64,000 bases of DNA from Camelus dromedarius. Its lineage: Eukaryota. The translations under genes were made by a program, and so were the position numbers. The notes under the pieces were generated by a model. The model was not told where the DNA came from. It searched no databases and saw nothing but the letters and a program-made list of their open reading frames with translations. The stretch spans positions 37,078,001 through 37,142,000 of the forward strand of contig NC_087447.1 of NCBI RefSeq assembly GCF_036321535.1, written 5' to 3'. Shown piece by piece: positions 59,083 through 64,000 of the stretch. Position 1 is the first letter of the stretch. Every line of letters starts with the position of its first letter.

Positions 59083-61449
59083 GATTGTGCGAAGCAGCGA
59101 ACTATGTGGGAGAGGGGCCAGGGGATACCCCTAAAGGTAGAGTAGTGGGGTGATTTTTGGCATGGGCATGTCCAGTATCTAATTTGAAGTCATTAACCCT
59201 GCCATGATGGAAACCCTCTTTCATCTCAACCCCATCCTTAAATCACAAGTGTTTTGTAAAAATCGATTTTCAGTGAAATTTTATAAAAAGGATGCATGTT
59301 ACATCTGAGCTGATACAGAAGAGACCACACCCACAAAAACAGGAGCCTCAAGGCAAATATGACCAAAGTATATAAGTCCCCTGAGAACTTGCAATAGTTT
59401 CATACAAGACACGAAATGAGATTTTGACTCATTTTTGTCTAGACTGTAATAGAGCAGGGAGACTCCAGCTGACCTCAGGGTTACCAGGACTTACGGCTCA
59501 AAACACACCAGCAATCTAGCCAGCACTGGAGCACAGGTCTTCCTCCAGCTCCTGCTGTACTCCCAGACTGGCTCCTGTTTGTCACTTTCCTCTCTGCTTT
59601 TTCATGACCACTCAAACCACAGGAATTCCAGGCTCTAGGGAATCTTGTCTATCAAGAAATCCAAGGCCCTGCATCCTTTAGTGACAGGGTTAGTGTCTGG
59701 CTCCGAATTTTGGGTAAGTGAAATAAGATGAGATATTTTTGGAGCAGGGAAGCTTATTCCTCACCCTTGGAGATGGAGCTGCTTCTGAAACAAGATTGAG
59801 TTCTGTGAAATTTCCTGGGATAGATATTTGTCTGTTTTCTTAAACTGTATTTAGATAAGGTTGGATTGGCTGTGATTAGCTCTCCATGAACCAGTGCCAA
59901 TGGATAGTGGAATGATTTTCGTTGGATACAGTTTCTCCACAACTCTCAAATAATACATATTTTTAGATATGAATTTCAGATTCAGAGTCTTCTCCTTTTG
60001 CTACTATTTTGGGAGTCTTGCCAAATGGATGTGTTAACTTTCCAGGCCAGTGGCTGAAATCTGAACCATGGTTTTTCTTTGGAATTGTTTGTTAGGCTCC
60101 TGAAGTCTGGGGATTCGAGATGTCTCCCCTGTGCTGTTCACAGTTTGTGTGCTTTTGGAACCAGGATAATTTAGTTACAGATAAGAACTCAACACCAACC
60201 TGCTCTTCCAGCCCCTCCCTGGACAGTGCAGAAACCAAGGTCGATGGCAATTCTCAGAAACTCAGGCTTAGTATTTACCATTTCATGGACTCCTAGCACT
60301 GCCAGAATACTGAGAGCTCACCTGGTGCGAACTGGTTACTTAGTAGCTGAGCAAAATAATGCCCAGAGGGCTGAAGCGTATAAAGAAGATTATACAGTGA
60401 GTCTGAGTCATAAACAGAAAGCAAAAAATGATAGTACGTTTTTGAGTACACTGTAATTTTATTAAAGTACCCTGTAAAACAGTACAAGTTGAATTGAAGA
60501 ATGAAAAAGAAGAAAAAACAGAGGTTTTGGAATTGGAGTATGAAAGAAGAAACCAATGACAGACATCCCCAAAAGAAGATTCATAAAACTTGCTTCTTCC
60601 CAAAATAACAAGGATAAGAAAATTGAAGAAAAGTCAGCAATGACAAAAAATTAATGCAAACCTAGGGAAATATCTCAATCTCATACTCTGAGCATTGTGA
60701 AAAATGGTGTTTAGATTTAGAGCAGTTTGGAAAGAATTGAAAGATGCCTGGATGCACAGACATATAGCTCCCTTTAGAAACAACATTGCAACAGAACAGG
60801 ACTTAACGGGAGGCAAAGATGAATTTTGCTGATACTTCAGAGTTGGAGAGATTAGGATTAAGGTGCAGGTTTTTCCAGGGGGGGGGAAATGGGAATTACC
60901 TCCTGTTGAAGAACCTTTTTCCCATTGTTGATTTTAAAAAGCACTTTAAGCCTGGGCTTGAATTGCTTTCAGTTTTTTCTTTGGCCTCTGGAAGAGGCAT
61001 GGAGGAATTACTTCTTAGGATTCCCTGTTTGGGCCAACACAGCAGCAGCAAACATAGGCTGAATAGGGTGTAGAAACCAATGTGTGGCAAACGCAAATCA
61101 AAAGCATGTGAGGAACAAGGACAAAAATAAGGGCAGCACCTTTATAGCCAGTTACCCAGAGAGGAGAGCATATCCAAGCCCAAAGTTCATCTCCCACTCC
61201 TCCATGAGACAGGAGAACTGAGTCACCAATATGGTGGTGCGGTCTTCAGTTATTTCCAAAAAGTACAGAGAAAGTGAGCAAAGACAGAATTCTCTAATTG
61301 TGGTTACGCAAAGCCCAAGCTTTTTGTCCACACCCTTTGGGCACTTGTGTGACTGGGGGAGAAAAAAAAAAACCCAGAAACATCCAGTGCTTCAGCTCAT
61401 ATTCCAAGGAAAAGATTTACACAGTGCTGAGGGCAACAGTAAATCCACA

Positions 61450-62750
61450 CCAACTTGGAAAAAGAGCAGCGTGAGATACAATGGCTCTGTTCAAAGATGA
61501 GTGAAAAGAAATTCTTGCAATGGGAAACCACAATAAGAATTAGCAAAAATAACCAAATATATGAACAAATGGAACACAGCATGAAAAATACAAAGAGTAA
61601 ATTTTCAAAAATACCTTCAAGGAAATAGAAGAACAGTTTAGTTGCAATTACTTCACACTCTCAAGGCAAGCATAGACTTTATGGAATGAGAGGTGTATTA
61701 ATAATCATGCAACTGATTCAAACAGAAAGGAAACTGATAAAGGTAAGGAAATGAATTAAAGTGAAGAAAAATATACTGGAAGCCTTGAAATAGACTTTCA
61801 AAGACCAAAGTTAATGTCTGAAAATATTGTCAATGATGTGGACACAGCACTGTGTAAAAAAAAAAAAACAGGATGCAGAACAAATAGGAAAAGGTGGAAA
61901 TACTCACCAATCTGATAACATGAGAGGGAGAACAGACACTGGAGAACAAAACATGGTATTTGACGAAAGGAAGTACTATGAATGGAACAGAAATGTATTC
62001 TAAGACCTAAGAGAAGAAAACTTCAGATTTGAAGGAATGACTAATTTTCTAAGTTGAAGCATTCACCCTATTCCAGGAAACTTAACAGATAGCAAAAATT
62101 TATCAAAAATAGTCCAGTGAAACAATTAGATTTCAAAGAAAACAAACAAAATAGTCCTTTAAATTTCAGGACAGGTTACCTAAAGGGAAAAATAAATTAA
62201 GTTGAGTTCAGGATGCTAGAATGTAATTGTGCAAGAAATAGGAATTCTACAGCTAGTTAAATGTGTAAAACCAACAGAAACTTATTCTCAAATATAAAAG
62301 GTCTTGGGAAATATTTTACCCTTGTACTCCTCCTGAGAAATCTACTAAAAGGTATAACTTAGACAGCCAGAAAATTTTAATAGTAAAAGTAAAAGAGCTG
62401 AAGACTAGGGAACTCCAAATATGAAAGGCAATTGAGAATTAAGTATGATAAACATATAATTATATCTAAAGAACTGTGGTAATTGTAGTTAAAGATGGTT
62501 TGTAAATATTATAATTAAAAAATAAAATAATGGTAAATTAAAAACAAAATGACAATGGCAAGATCTTGAAAATGACATTATTATAGATGGGAGGGAAAAT
62601 CCTAGCGCACCCCACAGTAATTATATTTCATGTCTTATTTTACCATGGGGGTGGGGGTAGAACTGATTACTGTTAATAGATTTAGATTTGAAAAATATAG
62701 TTTTATCTCATTTATAAATATTGATATAAAAATGCAAACAAATTAAATAT
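61450..62750 (+). mobile_element. HAL1 / L1 ORF1-like ancient fragment
   Basis: A-rich coding-like strand; aatggaacagaaatgtattc...agaagaaaacttc...tagatttcaaagaaa...caggttacctaaagggaaaa...ttctcaaatataaaaggtcttgggaaatat. Confidence 0.6.
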
Positions 62751-62754
62751 TAGC

Positions 62755-62925
62755 TACTCAATTAGGTTAATTTACCAAGTACTTATTGAGCTCCTATTAC
62801 GTTCATGTTCTAGGGATATAACAAGGAACATAACATATAAAGTTCCTGTCTCTCCTGGAGCTTACATTTTATACCATGTTCAAGAATGATTTATGCCAGG
62901 AAAGCAAATATGTATTAGTACTATG
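62755..62925 (-). mobile_element. L2 3' end fragment
   Basis: caagtacttattgagctcctatta...tagggatata...ttcctgtctctcctggagcttacatt. Confidence 0.75.
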
Positions 62926-62954
62926 GCATCTATTAATATAATTCAGAATCTTGG

Positions 62955-64000
62955 AAAGTTTTCCAGTTCCACATACAAGGATCTTGGAAGTCACCACTCA
63001 GCCCTGAAAATAAGGAAAAAGCTGAGCAGACTGAAAAATCAACAAATCTCCTAAATTCTAAAAAAAAAAAGTGAGCACATAGGGAAAAACCACTGCCTCC
63101 AAGATTAGAGAGACAGACAGGCAAATACAAGGAGTGATGTCTTTCTGGAGCAAAGATGCACATGAGGAAACCTCAGTGGGAACCACTGCCAGGGAGGAAA
63201 ACCTGAATTGTAATTGATGAATTGCTGGAGGCTTAGTGTGGACAACTCTGAGAGTTAAAAATTCCAGGAGAAATCAATCATGGGGGGTTCCCATAATTTT
63301 ATGAGTTTTACCTTCAGGAGATCAACCTGGTTCCCACAGTAAATATCAGGGAAAAATCTCCTCAGGCTTCTGGCCGGGGGATGGGAAAAGGAACCAGAGC
63401 ATGCTGTTCTTCTTAACATGGCCTGTCCTTAGAAGAAACTAGCTAATCAGAGCCTAACCTGCTGAGGTGTTATCAGAGCCTAACGGACAAGGGGGAAGGA
63501 AAATACCCAACTCCAGGACACTCCAGCAATCATCTCCCACCTGAGGGAGGAGGGGAAAACCAGAAACAATTGTGAAATCCACGGTTTAGAGGCTCACTAA
63601 AAGACTAGCCCACACCTCACCAGCACATGGCTAAAGGCCTGTGTATAGTGGAACTTTTTACTTGGTATATCAAGTCTGCCTATCAAGAAAAACTTACAAG
63701 GCATACTAAAAGGCAAAAACACAATGTAAGTATAGACAGCAAGCATCAGAAGCAGACATGACAGGGATATTGGAATAATCAGATCACGAATTTAAAACAA
63801 CCATGGTAAATATGCTAAGGGCTCTAATGGATAACGTAGAGAGCATGCAAGAACAGATGGGCAATGTAAGCAGAGAGACAGAAACCCTAAGAACCAAAAA
63901 AGAAATGCTGCAGATCAAAAACACTGACAGAAATGAAGAATGCCTTTACTGGGCTTGTAAGAAAACTGACACAGCTGAGGAAAGAATCTCTCCCTTGAGT
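62955..64000 (+). mobile_element. L1MC-type 5' UTR and start of ORF1 (runs off the window)
   Basis: ttccagttccacat...cttggaagtcaccact...aaaagctgagcagactgaaaaatcaacaa 5' end; ORF1-like gaatttaaaacaaccatggtaaatatgctaagggctctaatgg...catgcaagaacagatgggcaatgtaagcagagag...gaaatgaagaatgccttt. Confidence 0.85.

Noticed and set aside
1..64000. A novel multi-gene or prokaryote-style system (operon, CRISPR, retron, defence island)
   Set aside because: The sequence is mammalian repeat-rich non-coding DNA with no intact genes; the only RT similarity is a dead L1 ORF2 fragment.

Overview
This is mammalian non-coding genomic DNA, intergenic or from a very long intron. It is most likely camelid (camel/alpaca/llama), judged from two tRNA-Ala(AGC)-derived SINEs with the camelid Vic-1-type layout and from cetartiodactyl-type L1 3' ends. 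I find no credible protein-coding exon, tRNA/rRNA gene, CpG island, CRISPR array or prokaryotic system. The only ORF-track peptides I recognise are decayed LINE-1 ORF2 reverse-transcriptase pieces. Much of the window is old interspersed repeat: many MIR and L2 fragments, L1M/HAL1 remnants, MLT1 solo LTRs and MER5A/MER117-like DNA elements. Between these lie repeat-poor, AT-rich blocks dense in homeodomain, SOX and FOX motifs, which look like enhancers of a developmental gene desert. I cannot support a new multi-gene system. The best unexplained signals are four: (i) a ~110-bp module that I do not recognise as a repeat, present twice 2.9 kb apart at ~80% identity; (ii) a ~90-nt pri-miRNA-shaped hairpin at 57.3 kb; (iii) a 38-bp dispersed duplicate at a repeat junction; (iv) a perfect DR5 retinoic-acid response element. 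Repeat family names come from remembered consensus sequences and repeat boundaries are approximate (tens of bp). No database search was run.
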